Virus record (IMG/VR): IMGVR_UViG_3300032030_000062 | Span: 1-64,000 of that record | Direction: 5' to 3' (one strand) | Source of the DNA: a virus | Taxonomy: Duplodnaviria > Caudoviricetes | DNA length: 64,000 nt | Shown: piece after piece, positions 38,399 to 49,620 of the stretch | Numbering within the stretch: the first letter of the stretch is position 1 | Layout of the letters: each line of letters opens with the position of its first letter | Made by a program: the position numbers and the translations under genes | Notes under the pieces: model-generated | The model's input: only the letters and a program-made list of their open reading frames with translations | Database searches by the model: none | What the model was told of the DNA's origin: nothing

Positions 38399-39271
38399 AT
38401 GAATGGTATATCAAAGCTTCTTAGTACAGATGGATTCATACAGGTGAATAAAACATTGATTAAACAAATAGGATTACATGAAGCTATTATTATTGGTGAG
38501 TTATGTTCAGAATATAATTATTGGGAAGAACATAATAAATTAGAAGATGGTAAATTTTATTCTACCCGTGAAAATATAGAAAATAACACTGGACTAAATG
38601 ATCATTATCAAAGAAAAGCATTTGCCGTACTTAAAGATTTGGGAATCATTGAAATAACTAAAAAGGGATTACCAGCAGTAAATTACTATAAAATAAATTT
38701 TGACAAGTTATTAACCACATTAAATTCAAGTAGTTCACGAGATGAAGAACAAGACATTCAGGAAATGAACTTAAATAATAATAAACAAACAAAAATAGAA
38801 AAACAAGAAAAAGTAGTATCTAAAGATACTACTACAGAATTTCAATTTGGCAGTAAACAGAAACAGAAAAAAGAATCTTTATATACCAAATGTCTTAATT
38901 TAATTGACAGCTATGATTTTAGTACATGGGGCAATATTAGAAAGTTACTAATTGATTATCTTAATTATAGATTATCTGTCAAAGAGAAACCGTTATATAG
39001 TAATATGTGGAAAGGTATGCTTTCTAAATTAGCAAATTTATGTGATAATGATATAGACATGTATGAGTCGGTTATTATGCAGAGTATAGAAAGAGGTTAT
39101 CTTTCATTTTATCCCGTTTCAAATTCTTCTTATAGTAAAGATTATGATGTAACAAGAGGAAAAGCTTGGGAAGAACATGTAAGTTGTAGACAAGCTACTC
39201 CTGAGGAATTAGTTGAACTTGAAAGATTGGATAAAGAGCGTGAAGCTATGGGATTGAGGACAAGATTTTGA
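38399..39271 (+). CDS. replication initiator/replisome organiser (wHTH)
   Basis: GFIQVNKTLIKQIGLHEAIIIGEL wHTH N-terminus; directly upstream of the DnaC-like and DnaB-like genes. Confidence 0.75.
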   Translation: MNGISKLLSTDGFIQVNKTLIKQIGLHEAIIIGELCSEYNYWEEHNKLEDGKFYSTRENIENNTGLNDHYQRKAFAVLKDLGIIEITKKGLPAVNYYKINFDKLLTTLNSSSSRDEEQDIQEMNLNNNKQTKIEKQEKVVSKDTTTEFQFGSKQKQKKESLYTKCLNLIDSYDFSTWGNIRKLLIDYLNYRLSVKEKPLYSNMWKGMLSKLANLCDNDIDMYESVIMQSIERGYLSFYPVSNSSYSKDYDVTRGKAWEEHVSCRQATPEELVELERLDKEREAMGLRTRF

Positions 39272-39945
39272 AAAATGAAAATTGTTGGTATAAAAGTGTA
39301 TGTACATATGATTATTGTACAAACTGTATACGATATGCCGAAATGAAATATTTAATGGATTCAAGTGGTATTCCGAAAAACAGACAGAAGCCCAAAGAAC
39401 TAATTGCCGGTTCTGATTATGATGCATTTTATAAATTAAATGATGTTAAGGAAAAAATAGATGAATATGTCAATATAGGCGGATTTAATTTATATATATG
39501 CAGTGAAAATACCGGTAACGGTAAAACAAGTTGGGCTATAAAGATTCTGTTGAAATACTTTGATAAGATTTGGGCAGGTAATGGATTTAGAGTTAGAGGA
39601 ATGTTCGTTCATGTTCCCACATTACTTGCAAAATTAAAAGATTTTGATCATCCAGATCCTTCACTCAAGACATATCGTGAAAATTTAAACAATGCAGATT
39701 TAGTTGTATGGGATGATATAGCAGGAGCAAAATTATCTGATTATGATATTTCGCAGTTGCTTATGATTATAGATAGTCGTATTATAGATGATAAGACAAA
39801 TATATATACAAGCAATGTAATAACACAAACTGACTTATCTAAAGCTGTCGGACCAAGATTAGCAAGCCGTATTTTTAATTGTAGTGCCATAATCGAATTG
39901 AAAGGAACTGATAGGCGTCATGGTAGCTTTACAGATATTAAATAA
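39268..39945 (+). CDS. DnaC/IstB-like helicase loader ATPase
   Basis: NTGNGKT Walker A, VVWDD Walker B, YTSN, RLASRI. Confidence 0.88.
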   Translation: MKNENCWYKSVCTYDYCTNCIRYAEMKYLMDSSGIPKNRQKPKELIAGSDYDAFYKLNDVKEKIDEYVNIGGFNLYICSENTGNGKTSWAIKILLKYFDKIWAGNGFRVRGMFVHVPTLLAKLKDFDHPDPSLKTYRENLNNADLVVWDDIAGAKLSDYDISQLLMIIDSRIIDDKTNIYTSNVITQTDLSKAVGPRLASRIFNCSAIIELKGTDRRHGSFTDIK

Positions 39946-41221
39946 AATCTTATCCACAAAAGATTATTCTTTGATAGAGAATAATTTATTAACAGTGGAT
40001 TATTTTGTCGGGTACGAACAGGAATTTGATTTTATTCAAAATCATGTTAAGCAGTATGGTTCAGTTCCTGATAAAGAAACATTTCTTTCTAAGTTTGACC
40101 AATTTGTATTAGTAGATACGACAGAATCGGATAGGTATCTAATCGATAAAATTAGGGAAGAATATCTATATTACAAGTCTGTTCCTGTTATACAGAAGGC
40201 CGCAGAATTGTTGAAAACAGATTCTAATGAAGCGGCTGAATATATGATTCATGCGTTGAAAGATTTACAACCTAATTATGCTTTAGGCGGTGTAAATATC
40301 ATAGCAGATGCGGATGAAAGATATAAGCAATTTCTGGAACGTAAAGATCACCAAGATTCATGGTTTTTTACCTGTGGCTTTGAGGAGTTAGATGATTTAA
40401 TTCATGGCATACAGAGAGAGGAAGAATTATTCGTTATATTCGCCCGAACTAATCAGGGTAAATCATGGGTACTTGAAAAGATGTGTACTCATGTTTGGCA
40501 GTTAGGATATAATGTAGGATATATTAGTCCTGAAATGGGAGCGAATAGTGTAGGCTATAGATTCGATACTCTATATAAAAATTTCAGCAATACTGGACTT
40601 ATGTGGGGTAAAGATGATATAGATGAAAAAGAGTATGCGGATTATCTAAAAAGTCTAAAAGATACTAAAAATTCCTTTATTGTAGCTACTCCTAATGACT
40701 TTGATAGAAAAATAACAATATCAAAACTAAAGAATTGGATAACTCAATATAAACTTGATTTGGTAGCTGTTGACGGAATAACCTATATGACAGATGAAAG
40801 ATATAAAAGAGGTGATAATAAAACTATTACATTGACAAATATTAGTGAGGATCTAATGTCATTGTCTATGGAAATGAGAGTGCCAATTCTTATAGTAGTA
40901 CAAGCTAACAGAGGAGGTGTTGTGCAAGACGATAGTGAAGGTACACCGGAACTTGAAACGATAAGAGATAGTGATGGTATATCTCACAATGCAAGCAAGG
41001 TTATTTCTATACGACAGACAAAAGATGGCATATTAAAAATGGAAGTAAAGAAACAAAGATTCGGATCAGTAGGTGGTAAATTAAATTATTCCTGGGATAT
41101 AAATACAGGATCGTTTGTATTCGTACCTTCAGATGATGATGCAGAACCGCAGGAAAGAACCGAGAGAAAAGTTAGGGAAGTAAAGAAGAAATTTAGCGGA
41201 GATAAATCAGATGTTTTCTAA
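39920..41221 (+). CDS. dnaB: replicative DnaB-like helicase
   Basis: ARTNQGKS, VAVDG, VQANR, IRDSDGI motifs. Confidence 0.9.
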   Translation: MVALQILNKILSTKDYSLIENNLLTVDYFVGYEQEFDFIQNHVKQYGSVPDKETFLSKFDQFVLVDTTESDRYLIDKIREEYLYYKSVPVIQKAAELLKTDSNEAAEYMIHALKDLQPNYALGGVNIIADADERYKQFLERKDHQDSWFFTCGFEELDDLIHGIQREEELFVIFARTNQGKSWVLEKMCTHVWQLGYNVGYISPEMGANSVGYRFDTLYKNFSNTGLMWGKDDIDEKEYADYLKSLKDTKNSFIVATPNDFDRKITISKLKNWITQYKLDLVAVDGITYMTDERYKRGDNKTITLTNISEDLMSLSMEMRVPILIVVQANRGGVVQDDSEGTPELETIRDSDGISHNASKVISIRQTKDGILKMEVKKQRFGSVGGKLNYSWDINTGSFVFVPSDDDAEPQERTERKVREVKKKFSGDKSDVF

Positions 41222-41432
41222 TGAGATTTGTATGTGGCTTTGTGCAGTTGATGCTAATAGTAAATTGATTTATGAATGTTCAGATTGTGGAAATATAGTG
41301 AGCGATCCTTATAATGAAAATGGTAAAATTAAAATATGTGAAAAGTGTGGTTTTCCAAAAGTGGGAATATCATATGGTGCTTATTCGGGCGATAATGGAA
41401 AAATACACATCGGTCCGTATAAAAATGAATAG
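41211..41432 (+). CDS. small zinc-ribbon protein
   Basis: CSDC...CEKC. Confidence 0.6.
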   Translation: MFSNEICMWLCAVDANSKLIYECSDCGNIVSDPYNENGKIKICEKCGFPKVGISYGAYSGDNGKIHIGPYKNE

Positions 41433-41680
41433 GAGGATGTATTTTGATACTAACAATAGATGATTTAAAACAGATACAGGAAGAAATGGAAGAAGCTGAA
41501 ATGATGAGGAACTTGCTATGGTCTTATAATTGGGAACATGAAGATGCAGGAGATAGAGATTGAAAATTTATATATGGCATAATACAAGAGGAAGTGCAGA
41601 TCAATATTTTGTTTGTGTTGATGATAGGGTGTTATTTCAAATTCCAAACTTTATAGGCAGATCAATATTAAGGAGAAAGA

Positions 41681-41863
41681 ATGACTGTTAAAGAACTTAT
41701 TACTGTATTACTTGATATGGACATGAATAAAGAAATTTACATTGAATATCCGACAGATAAAGGATTGATTGTTGGCAACTATTCAAGATTTAATGAATCT
41801 GAAAATTTCAATGTTAATGAATATGAACATGGAGTTATCATAGGGGTAACAAATGATGTTTAA
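41681..41863 (+). CDS. hypothetical protein
   Basis: AAGGAG RBS; MTVKELI N-terminus. Confidence 0.55.
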   Translation: MTVKELITVLLDMDMNKEIYIEYPTDKGLIVGNYSRFNESENFNVNEYEHGVIIGVTNDV

Positions 41864-42003
41864 TAAATTAAAACGTAAATATAATAAATGGTTAGCATAT
41901 AAGCATCCATTTCATAGACGTATTTTTGAGATAATACCATTATATAATTCTTCATTGTTCTGGTTTTACATGAGTTGGAAAGATAAAAAGTGGAAGTGGG
42001 AGA

Positions 42004-43065
42004 ATGATAATTAACGAGGTTCAATTTAATGTTGAGTTAAATGATATTTTAATTGAACTAAAACATGAGTTAAACGCAAATGGAATTGAGTTACTTTCTA
42101 AGATGAAAGAAGGTCCTACTCATATACAGATTCAATGTCCTTATCATTCTAATGGTCACGAAAGAAAACCTTCTGCCGGAATAAGAAAAGAAGATGGGTT
42201 ATTCCATTGTTTTGCCTGCGGAGAAGTTCATAATTTACAGGAAGTAATATCATATTGTTTTGGATATACAGATGATATTGTAGGATCATTTGGATGGCAG
42301 TGGTTATTAAAGAACTTTGTAACGATACAAGTGGAGGAGAGAAAAGATGTTTATTTGGACTTTGCGAGACATAATTGGTATAATAATGCTAGGAGCACTT
42401 GTGGTTTGTATACTGATATTAGGAATTGCAATAGTAGTGGAGAAGATAAAAGATATATTTCAGAAGAAGAATTAAATAAATATAGATATATACATCCATA
42501 TATGTACAAGAGAGGATTGACAGATGATGTTATTGAGTTATTTGATATTGGCTTTGATCGTGATAATCAGTGCCTCACTTTTCCTGTCCGTGATATTAGC
42601 GGGAATTGTTTATTTGTTGCTCGGCGCTCTGTCAAGACTAAATTTTTTAATTACCCGGAAGGAGTAGAAAAACCACTATATGGATTGTATGAGTTATATA
42701 CATACGGAATGGCTTATGCAGTAAATGGACGAGGTTCTACTAAACGAGGCCCTTTATTTACAGAGGTTATTGTATGTGAATCTATGTTAGACGCATTATC
42801 ATTCTGGACAATAGGTAGATATGCGGTAGCGTTGAACGGACTTGGAAATGAATTGCAATTTAAGCAGTTAAGAGAATTACCTTGTAGAAAGATAATACTT
42901 GCAACAGATATGGATGAAAGAGGATTAGCGGCGAGAAAAAGAATAAAAGCGAATTTACATAATACAAAGATTATAACAGAATATATATTTCCAAAAGGAA
43001 GAAAAGATGCAAATGAATGTACAAAAGAAGAACTGATGAATTTAGAGGAGGTGTTAGTTTATTGA
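42004..43065 (+). CDS. dnaG: DNA primase (CHC2 zinc finger plus TOPRIM)
   Basis: CPYH...HCFAC; IVCESMLDALS; ATDMDERG; KDANE. Confidence 0.92.
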   Translation: MIINEVQFNVELNDILIELKHELNANGIELLSKMKEGPTHIQIQCPYHSNGHERKPSAGIRKEDGLFHCFACGEVHNLQEVISYCFGYTDDIVGSFGWQWLLKNFVTIQVEERKDVYLDFARHNWYNNARSTCGLYTDIRNCNSSGEDKRYISEEELNKYRYIHPYMYKRGLTDDVIELFDIGFDRDNQCLTFPVRDISGNCLFVARRSVKTKFFNYPEGVEKPLYGLYELYTYGMAYAVNGRGSTKRGPLFTEVIVCESMLDALSFWTIGRYAVALNGLGNELQFKQLRELPCRKIILATDMDERGLAARKRIKANLHNTKIITEYIFPKGRKDANECTKEELMNLEEVLVY

Positions 43066-43891
43066 TATTCCTAGATGTTAATATGCCAGAAAATACGTTT
43101 GAGTGCCAATTTTTAGAGGAAGATTGCGAAACCAATGAGTTGTATTGTTATTTCAAGTCAGCTAGTGGTGAATCTGGACACTGTGTCGGCTTATGTGCGA
43201 AAGGATGTCCTATAATACCTTCTGTGAAAGGAGAGATTTTCTAAATTCAGATTTTCATGATACTGATGAAGTGGATAGAGGTTATGTTGATGCAGTTAAA
43301 ATATCATTAAAAAATGGTAGGACCTACAATGTAAAAGAATCGTATACGGAAATTATGCGTATGATAACGAGAGGAGAATATTAAAAAAATGTCATTAGAT
43401 GATTATTTTGATTTACTGGAAGAACAGCATAATCATGATGTAATTTTATCGCCATCAAGAATTGAAGTTATTATTGAGGATAGTAAGTAATGAAAAAAGA
43501 TTGTTATTTTTATGACGAATTATCAGGAATATCAACGTGTAAGTATTATTGTGGACTCGGATATTGTCCGTGTATTGATTGTAAAAAATATGTCAGTGAA
43601 TCGGATGTATATGAATTGATTAAAACTATTGTTGAAACGGCAGAACGATGTGAGGAAGAATCAGATGAAAGTGAGTGATTTTTATGACTGGTCTCCATGT
43701 TTAGTCATTGCAAGCAGATCAATAAAAAATAGATTGCATATGATTAAAGTGTATGCGGATTTTGAAAAAGATAGTTTAAAATACAAGGTCGTTTCTTATA
43801 ATATAGCAGATAGTAAACACATATTATATGCAGAGGTATTTTATACGCTTGATCAGGCATTGAAATGCTATGAAAAATTATAAAAAATAAG

Positions 43892-43920
43892 TTGACATAT
43901 ATAGTATTATGTACTATAAT
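43892..43920 (+). promoter_or_regulatory. sigma-A-type promoter
   Basis: TTGACA-17-TATAAT. Confidence 0.85.
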
Positions 43921-43962
43921 AAAAGAGTCGAGATAACGACAGTATAAAAAGAAAGGAGATAT

Positions 43963-44157
43963 ATGCAGAAAAGACGAATAACTTTGCCAGAGGCAAAAAA
44001 AATGGTAGCCGACAACAAAGAGAATACCAGATTCTTTGATGGATCATTTAAGGTTGACAAGTTGTATAATATTTTCATCAAAGATTTTACCGATGAGGAA
44101 TGTAAAGTAATAATTGCTTCCCTTCGATTAGCTGGTGCAAAATTTAACTACAGTTGA
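43963..44157 (+). CDS. hypothetical protein
   Basis: AAGGAG RBS after a promoter. Confidence 0.6.
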   Translation: MQKRRITLPEAKKMVADNKENTRFFDGSFKVDKLYNIFIKDFTDEECKVIIASLRLAGAKFNYS

Positions 44158-44170
44158 AAAGGAGAAAAAT

Positions 44171-44842
44171 ATGGCACGATTTAACACTGAAACCGCTGAT
44201 AAGTATGGTGGACAGGGAGGAACAGGATATTTCTCACTGAAGAACGATAAAGATACAGCACAGGTCAGATTTATGTATAACTCCATTGATGATGTAGAAG
44301 GTTATGCAGTTCACACTGTCGATATTGATGACAAGAAACGGTATGTGAACTGTCTTAGGGAATATAATCAGCCAGTAGACGTTTGTCCTTTCTGTAGAGA
44401 AAAGAAACAGACTGCCGCAAAGCTGTTCATTCCTATTTATAATATTGATGAGCAGAGAGTGCAGTTTTGGGAGAGGGGGAAGAAATTTGTTTCTAAAATT
44501 TCTTCTATTTGTTCTCGTTATCCAAATGTTGTTTCTCATGTATTTGAGATTGAGCGAAACGGTAAAAAGGGAGAACAGACTACTACTTATGAGATTTATG
44601 AAATAAAACAGGATGATACAAAGCTTGAGGATCTTCCTGAAGTAAGTGATCCGCTCGGTTCAGTTATTTTAGATAAGTCGGCAGACGATATGGAATTTTT
44701 CCTCGATAACGGATATTTTCCACCAGATGATGAAGATATGCCTGTTAGACGCAGATCAAGTCGTAATGAGACTGAGGATGATAGAGAAGAGGAACATGTG
44801 TCAAGAAGAACACCAGCAGGTACGAGAAGAGATAGATTTTAA
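44171..44842 (+). CDS. single-stranded DNA-binding protein (gp32-like)
   Basis: FSLKNDKDTAQVRF, H...C...CPFC zinc motif, acidic C-terminus, upstream of polA. Confidence 0.75.
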   Translation: MARFNTETADKYGGQGGTGYFSLKNDKDTAQVRFMYNSIDDVEGYAVHTVDIDDKKRYVNCLREYNQPVDVCPFCREKKQTAAKLFIPIYNIDEQRVQFWERGKKFVSKISSICSRYPNVVSHVFEIERNGKKGEQTTTYEIYEIKQDDTKLEDLPEVSDPLGSVILDKSADDMEFFLDNGYFPPDDEDMPVRRRSSRNETEDDREEEHVSRRTPAGTRRDRF

Positions 44843-44854
44843 TAACGGAGAAAA

Positions 44855-47158
44855 GTGATGGCGCTATTTAATGTTCCAAAACGTCCGGGAAGAGAACAAG
44901 ATACAGCTATTGCAACAAAATCAAAGTCCAAAGTAAAAGCACCCACTACTGTAAAAGGTAGTGGTCTGCTTGGACAGATAAATCAGATTAAAGCAATGGT
45001 TGAAAAATATCTTGGCAAATATAAAGATGATTATATAGTTATACAAGATGTTGTATCATTAGATGAATATTTTGCCAAATGTATACAGAATCGAGTTATA
45101 TCCGTAGATACAGAAACGACTGGTCTTGATCCTATATTAGATAAGATTGTTGGTTTATGTATTTATACTCCAGGTCAGCCAGCCGCATACGTTCCAATAA
45201 ATCATGTGTCGTATGTGACTGGTGTGAGAGTTGATAATCAGTTGACAGAGCAGGAAGTTGCGACTAGTTTAAAAATTCTATTAGATTTTCATCCAGATAT
45301 TATTATGTTTAACGCCAAATTTGATATGAGAGTTATTCGTAATCAATTAGGTGTTAAAGATATATATTGTACATGGGATGCTTATTTAGCTGGTAGACTC
45401 CTTAATGAAAATGAAGAATCAAAAGGACTTAAAGCATTACATCAGAAATATGTACTTGATGGAAAAGAAGATGAATTTAAGTTTGATGCTTTATTTAAGG
45501 GCATAACAGCAGATAAAATTCCCATCAATACATTCTATCTTTATGCGGCTCATGATGCTATTATCACATATGAACTGTATCAATATCAGAAGCAGTATTT
45601 GTATTATGATCCTACAGTAACGCCAGAAGCAAGAAATGGAATGAACGGTGTGTCGTGGGTATTCTTCAATATAGAAATGCCTTGCATTAAAGTAGTTTGC
45701 GATATGGAAGATAACGGAGTAAAGTTTGATTTTGATTATCAGCAAAAGTTATCGGAGAAGTATAACAGACTATTAGAAGAAAAAACACAGGAGTTTTATA
45801 ACGTATGTTCTGCTTATGATGAGGAGATAGAGGAGTATAAAAAGAAAAATCCGAATCATAAACTTGATACTCCTATCAATATCGGAAGTCCTACACAGAT
45901 TGCAATTCTTCTTTATGATATTATGCAGATTGAACCACCTGATCCTAAGAGTCCGAGAGGAACAGGAGAAGCAATATTACAGAAGATCGATAGTCCAATA
46001 GCAAAAGCAATATTAGATTATCGTGAAATGTCCAAACTTGTTTCTACTTATATTGATAAACTTCCTAATTGTGTAAATCCGAAAGATGGAAGAATACATT
46101 GTAGTTTTAATCAGTATGGAGCAGATACGGGAAGATTCAGTAGTTCAGACCCCAATCTTCAAAATATTCCATCACATAATAAAGACATTAGAAAAATGTT
46201 TGTAGCATCTGATGGATATGTTTTAATGTCCTCTGATTACAGTCAGCAGGAACCGAAGGTCATGACACAGATGTGCGGTGATCCTAAGATGATTAAAGCA
46301 TATCAAGAAGGGAAAGATTTATATGCAGAAATTGCCGCTTTGTCTTTTAACACAACCTATGAGAATTGCCTCGAATTTAGACCGGACGGTACAACTAACC
46401 CTGACGGTAAATCTCGCAGAAGTCAAGCAAAATCAATTTTGCTCGGAGTGCTTTATGGAAGAGGTGTGCCAAGCATTGCAGAACAGCTTGGAACCACTAC
46501 CAAAAAAGCACAAGCAATAAAAGATTCCGTATTTAAAGGATTTCCGGCAATACCGAAGTTTGAAGAAGATAGTTTGGATATGGCTTATGAAAAAGGATAT
46601 GTTACTACCCTGTGGGGTAGAAAAAGAAGATTGCCCGATTTACAGTTGCCCGAGTATGAATTTAAATGGAAAGACGGAACAAGACCTGATGCAGATTTGC
46701 TTGACTTTAGCGAGGAAGAATCTGAGAGTGAAGTTTACGTGCCAGATGAATTACAGCAGAAGTATATCAGAAGATTAAGACAAGCATATTTTGGACAGAA
46801 AAGAAAAATCTTTGAAGAAGCTAACAAAGAAGGAATTTGGGTTATTGATAATACAATGAAGATTGCAGATGCCCAAAGACAATGTGTAAATGCAAGAATC
46901 CAAGGATCAGCCGCAGATATGAGTAAGTTAGCAATGATTTTAGTCGGAAATGATGAAAGATTAAAAGAATTAGGATTTAGACTTCTTATACCTGTACACG
47001 ATGAATTGATAGCAGAATGTCCAGAAGAGAATGTAAAAGAATGTTCTGAAAGATTTGCTATGCTTATGGCAAAAGCGGCAGAGAGTAGATTAACAATTCC
47101 CATTAAATGTGATGTAGAAGTCACAAGAGAATGGTATGGAGAATCTATTTATGAATAA
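44855..47158 (+). CDS. polA: family A DNA polymerase (3'-5' exonuclease plus polymerase, no 5' nuclease)
   Basis: DTETTG (ExoI), YAAHDA (ExoIII), DYSQQE (motif A), RSQAKSILLGVLYG (B), PVHDE (C). Confidence 0.96.
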   Translation: MMALFNVPKRPGREQDTAIATKSKSKVKAPTTVKGSGLLGQINQIKAMVEKYLGKYKDDYIVIQDVVSLDEYFAKCIQNRVISVDTETTGLDPILDKIVGLCIYTPGQPAAYVPINHVSYVTGVRVDNQLTEQEVATSLKILLDFHPDIIMFNAKFDMRVIRNQLGVKDIYCTWDAYLAGRLLNENEESKGLKALHQKYVLDGKEDEFKFDALFKGITADKIPINTFYLYAAHDAIITYELYQYQKQYLYYDPTVTPEARNGMNGVSWVFFNIEMPCIKVVCDMEDNGVKFDFDYQQKLSEKYNRLLEEKTQEFYNVCSAYDEEIEEYKKKNPNHKLDTPINIGSPTQIAILLYDIMQIEPPDPKSPRGTGEAILQKIDSPIAKAILDYREMSKLVSTYIDKLPNCVNPKDGRIHCSFNQYGADTGRFSSSDPNLQNIPSHNKDIRKMFVASDGYVLMSSDYSQQEPKVMTQMCGDPKMIKAYQEGKDLYAEIAALSFNTTYENCLEFRPDGTTNPDGKSRRSQAKSILLGVLYGRGVPSIAEQLGTTTKKAQAIKDSVFKGFPAIPKFEEDSLDMAYEKGYVTTLWGRKRRLPDLQLPEYEFKWKDGTRPDADLLDFSEEESESEVYVPDELQQKYIRRLRQAYFGQKRKIFEEANKEGIWVIDNTMKIADAQRQCVNARIQGSAADMSKLAMILVGNDERLKELGFRLLIPVHDELIAECPEENVKECSERFAMLMAKAAESRLTIPIKCDVEVTREWYGESIYE

Positions 47159-48347
47159 GCGAATAGCTGTAATAAATCCAGTAGGATTTGAGCCTGGAGG
47201 AGCGACTACCTTGTGTGTACAATATGCAAAGTTGGGCATTGATTGTTGGTTGAAAGATTCGACAATAGATAGAACTTTGAATGCCAATATGTATATTTAC
47301 ACGAATACGGACGAACTGATAAGGGCGATAGATGAAAATGAATATGAACGACTACTGTTTTTAAATATGTGGTATGGGAAGATGCCACCAGAAACAGCAT
47401 TGAATGAGGTTGTGAAAATACGAAATGCACATCCATCATTAGAGATATGTCACATAAATTGTAATAGAACACCTCATCATCTTTATAATTTACAAGAGGC
47501 ATGTAAAAAATGTAATTTTATGTTTGATCATATATTTTCAATATGTAAAGATATTGATAAGTTTGATTTATGTAATTGGACATATATGAATATAAATGCT
47601 TTTGTGCCATTTGCTTATGAACCGGTATCATTAAAAGATCGTAAAAACATAATATTTACAGCAGGTAGAATAGAAGGATTTAAGGGTATAATTAAATTTT
47701 TAAGTTCGATAGACGATGATTTTATAAAATCATCCGATGATTTTACATACTTACATGAAGGTGCAAAGTATAATTGGAATAAGAATGGAACAGGTGTTAG
47801 TTGTCCACCACAATTATTGACTATATTTAATACTACAGTATCTCCTAAAGTTTTGAAATCACAATTTGCATTAAGAAGTTATAGTGAAGAACCAATTAGA
47901 AATAAATTTAATATATATCCATTTTATGATGTACGTGATATACGAGATAGATGGCGTTATTATTATGCAGGAATTTGTTGTATAGGTGGTACACGATATG
48001 GATATAATAAAGTTAGTTCATTATTTGGTAATAAGTTTGTAATGAAAGATGCCAGAGAACGGACACAATTAGAGAAACAAGTAACAAGATGGAACGATGC
48101 ATTAGAATATGCTGATATAGAGAAGATAATGTTCGGCATTCCAATGTTTATTTCAAGACAATATTCAGAAATTGTTGAATTTAATGATGAAAGATTGATT
48201 TATAATTCTTTTTCGGAAATTACAGATAAAGCAAGACTTTTAAGGGATTGCTATGATGAAGTTAGGCAAAATCAATATGAATGGTTTGTTACTAAAAATA
48301 AGGAAACAAATAATAATATAATAAAAGAATTTACAAAGGAATTATAA
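47151..48347 (+). CDS. GT-B glycosyltransferase resembling T4 DNA alpha-glucosyltransferase
   Basis: ~400 aa; RIAVINPVGFEPGGAT, AGRIEGFKG and ALEYADIE align by eye with recalled T4 Agt motifs (RICIFMARGLEGCGVT, GRTTTWKG, SLEYTHLE). Confidence 0.65.
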   Translation: MNKRIAVINPVGFEPGGATTLCVQYAKLGIDCWLKDSTIDRTLNANMYIYTNTDELIRAIDENEYERLLFLNMWYGKMPPETALNEVVKIRNAHPSLEICHINCNRTPHHLYNLQEACKKCNFMFDHIFSICKDIDKFDLCNWTYMNINAFVPFAYEPVSLKDRKNIIFTAGRIEGFKGIIKFLSSIDDDFIKSSDDFTYLHEGAKYNWNKNGTGVSCPPQLLTIFNTTVSPKVLKSQFALRSYSEEPIRNKFNIYPFYDVRDIRDRWRYYYAGICCIGGTRYGYNKVSSLFGNKFVMKDARERTQLEKQVTRWNDALEYADIEKIMFGIPMFISRQYSEIVEFNDERLIYNSFSEITDKARLLRDCYDEVRQNQYEWFVTKNKETNNNIIKEFTKEL

Positions 48348-48351
48348 TATT

Positions 48352-49212
48352 ATGCGAAAAGATTTTGCCCTTTTTATATGTACTCATGGTAGACCTGATA
48401 AACAATTAACATTAAAAACTTTTAAATATCATGGATATACCGGAAAATATTTTTTAATTGTTGATGATACAGATGAAACTATTCAAAAGTATATAGATAA
48501 TTATGGTGCTGAAAATATAATAGTTTTTAATAAAAATTATTATATCAATTCCGATAAATTTGATAACGGTGATAACAAGTTACATGATAAGTGTATTTTA
48601 TACGCAAAGAGAGCCGCGGAAGATATAGCAAAAGAATATGGATATAAATTTTTTATAATTGCAGATGATGATATAACTAATTTAAGTGTGCGTTATCCAA
48701 AAGATGGTAAGGCAAAAAGAGTTAGCATAACTAATTTAGATGACATTCTGAATACTCATATAGAATTTATAGAGGAGACAAATATAGTTTGTTTAGGATT
48801 TGGTAATGTTACGCATTATTTTTCTGGTGTTAGCGCATTTAACTGGAATAACTCAAAACATAGATTATTACCTTATCAGTTATTGTTGAGAAATGGTAAA
48901 TTTAGTGTTAATTGGTTATCATGGTTTGCCGAAGATGATGTTACAGAGTATCAAAGCTGTATGCTCGGTAATTTATGGTTAGTTTCGTTATTCGTGATGT
49001 ACGATATTGAACCTGTTGGCGATATAAACGTAACTGGTGGTATGGTTGATGTATATAAACAAAATGATCTATTTAGTTTGCAGTTTAATGCGGTTAAATA
49101 TTGTCCTCAAAGAATAACATTACGCAATCATAGAAAAAACGGTAAGATTGTTATGGACAGACATAATGAGATTTGTTTTCCAAAAATATTAAGTTGGAGG
49201 TATCAGAAGTGA
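48352..49212 (+). CDS. GT-A glycosyltransferase (TAGT/GREB1-like, T2/T6 second-sugar transferase-like), paralog 1
   Basis: FALFICTHGR N-terminus, ADDD (DxD), EDD, TGGM. Confidence 0.7.
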   Translation: MRKDFALFICTHGRPDKQLTLKTFKYHGYTGKYFLIVDDTDETIQKYIDNYGAENIIVFNKNYYINSDKFDNGDNKLHDKCILYAKRAAEDIAKEYGYKFFIIADDDITNLSVRYPKDGKAKRVSITNLDDILNTHIEFIEETNIVCLGFGNVTHYFSGVSAFNWNNSKHRLLPYQLLLRNGKFSVNWLSWFAEDDVTEYQSCMLGNLWLVSLFVMYDIEPVGDINVTGGMVDVYKQNDLFSLQFNAVKYCPQRITLRNHRKNGKIVMDRHNEICFPKILSWRYQK

Positions 49213-49610
49213 GTGCCTTATTTACTGTTGCATCAAAGTTAGTGGATGAAAATAATAAGTATACTAAAAAAGTTCAAATTCCACAATACGTTCCAGATAA
49301 AGTTTGCCCAAAACTGGATGAATTGAGTAATATTCAAAAATATGGTAAACTAATCGCACATATAAATAATTCCAATGTGTCAGATGATGAGAAAAAGTTT
49401 TTGCGATTCGCGGCAAGTAGACATATAATATTTAATTATGCAAAGATAGCGGATTATTATGCTCATGCAAGCAAAGAAATGCAGGAGTTAATGGAAGAAT
49501 CCGCACTTGTTATAATTGATATTGATGATGCAATAGCAAATGGTTATGTTAAACTAAGCAAGGAAATTATGGACATAGTAGAAACTTCTGGTAGAAATAC
49601 AAAAACTTGA
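49209..49610 (+). CDS. conserved partner protein of the GT-A genes
   Basis: KYTKKVQIPQY and FNYAKIADYYAHA...EESALVIID; GTG start overlapping the upstream stop. Confidence 0.65.
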   Translation: MSALFTVASKLVDENNKYTKKVQIPQYVPDKVCPKLDELSNIQKYGKLIAHINNSNVSDDEKKFLRFAASRHIIFNYAKIADYYAHASKEMQELMEESALVIIDIDDAIANGYVKLSKEIMDIVETSGRNTKT

Positions 49611-49620
49611 GGACATATAC

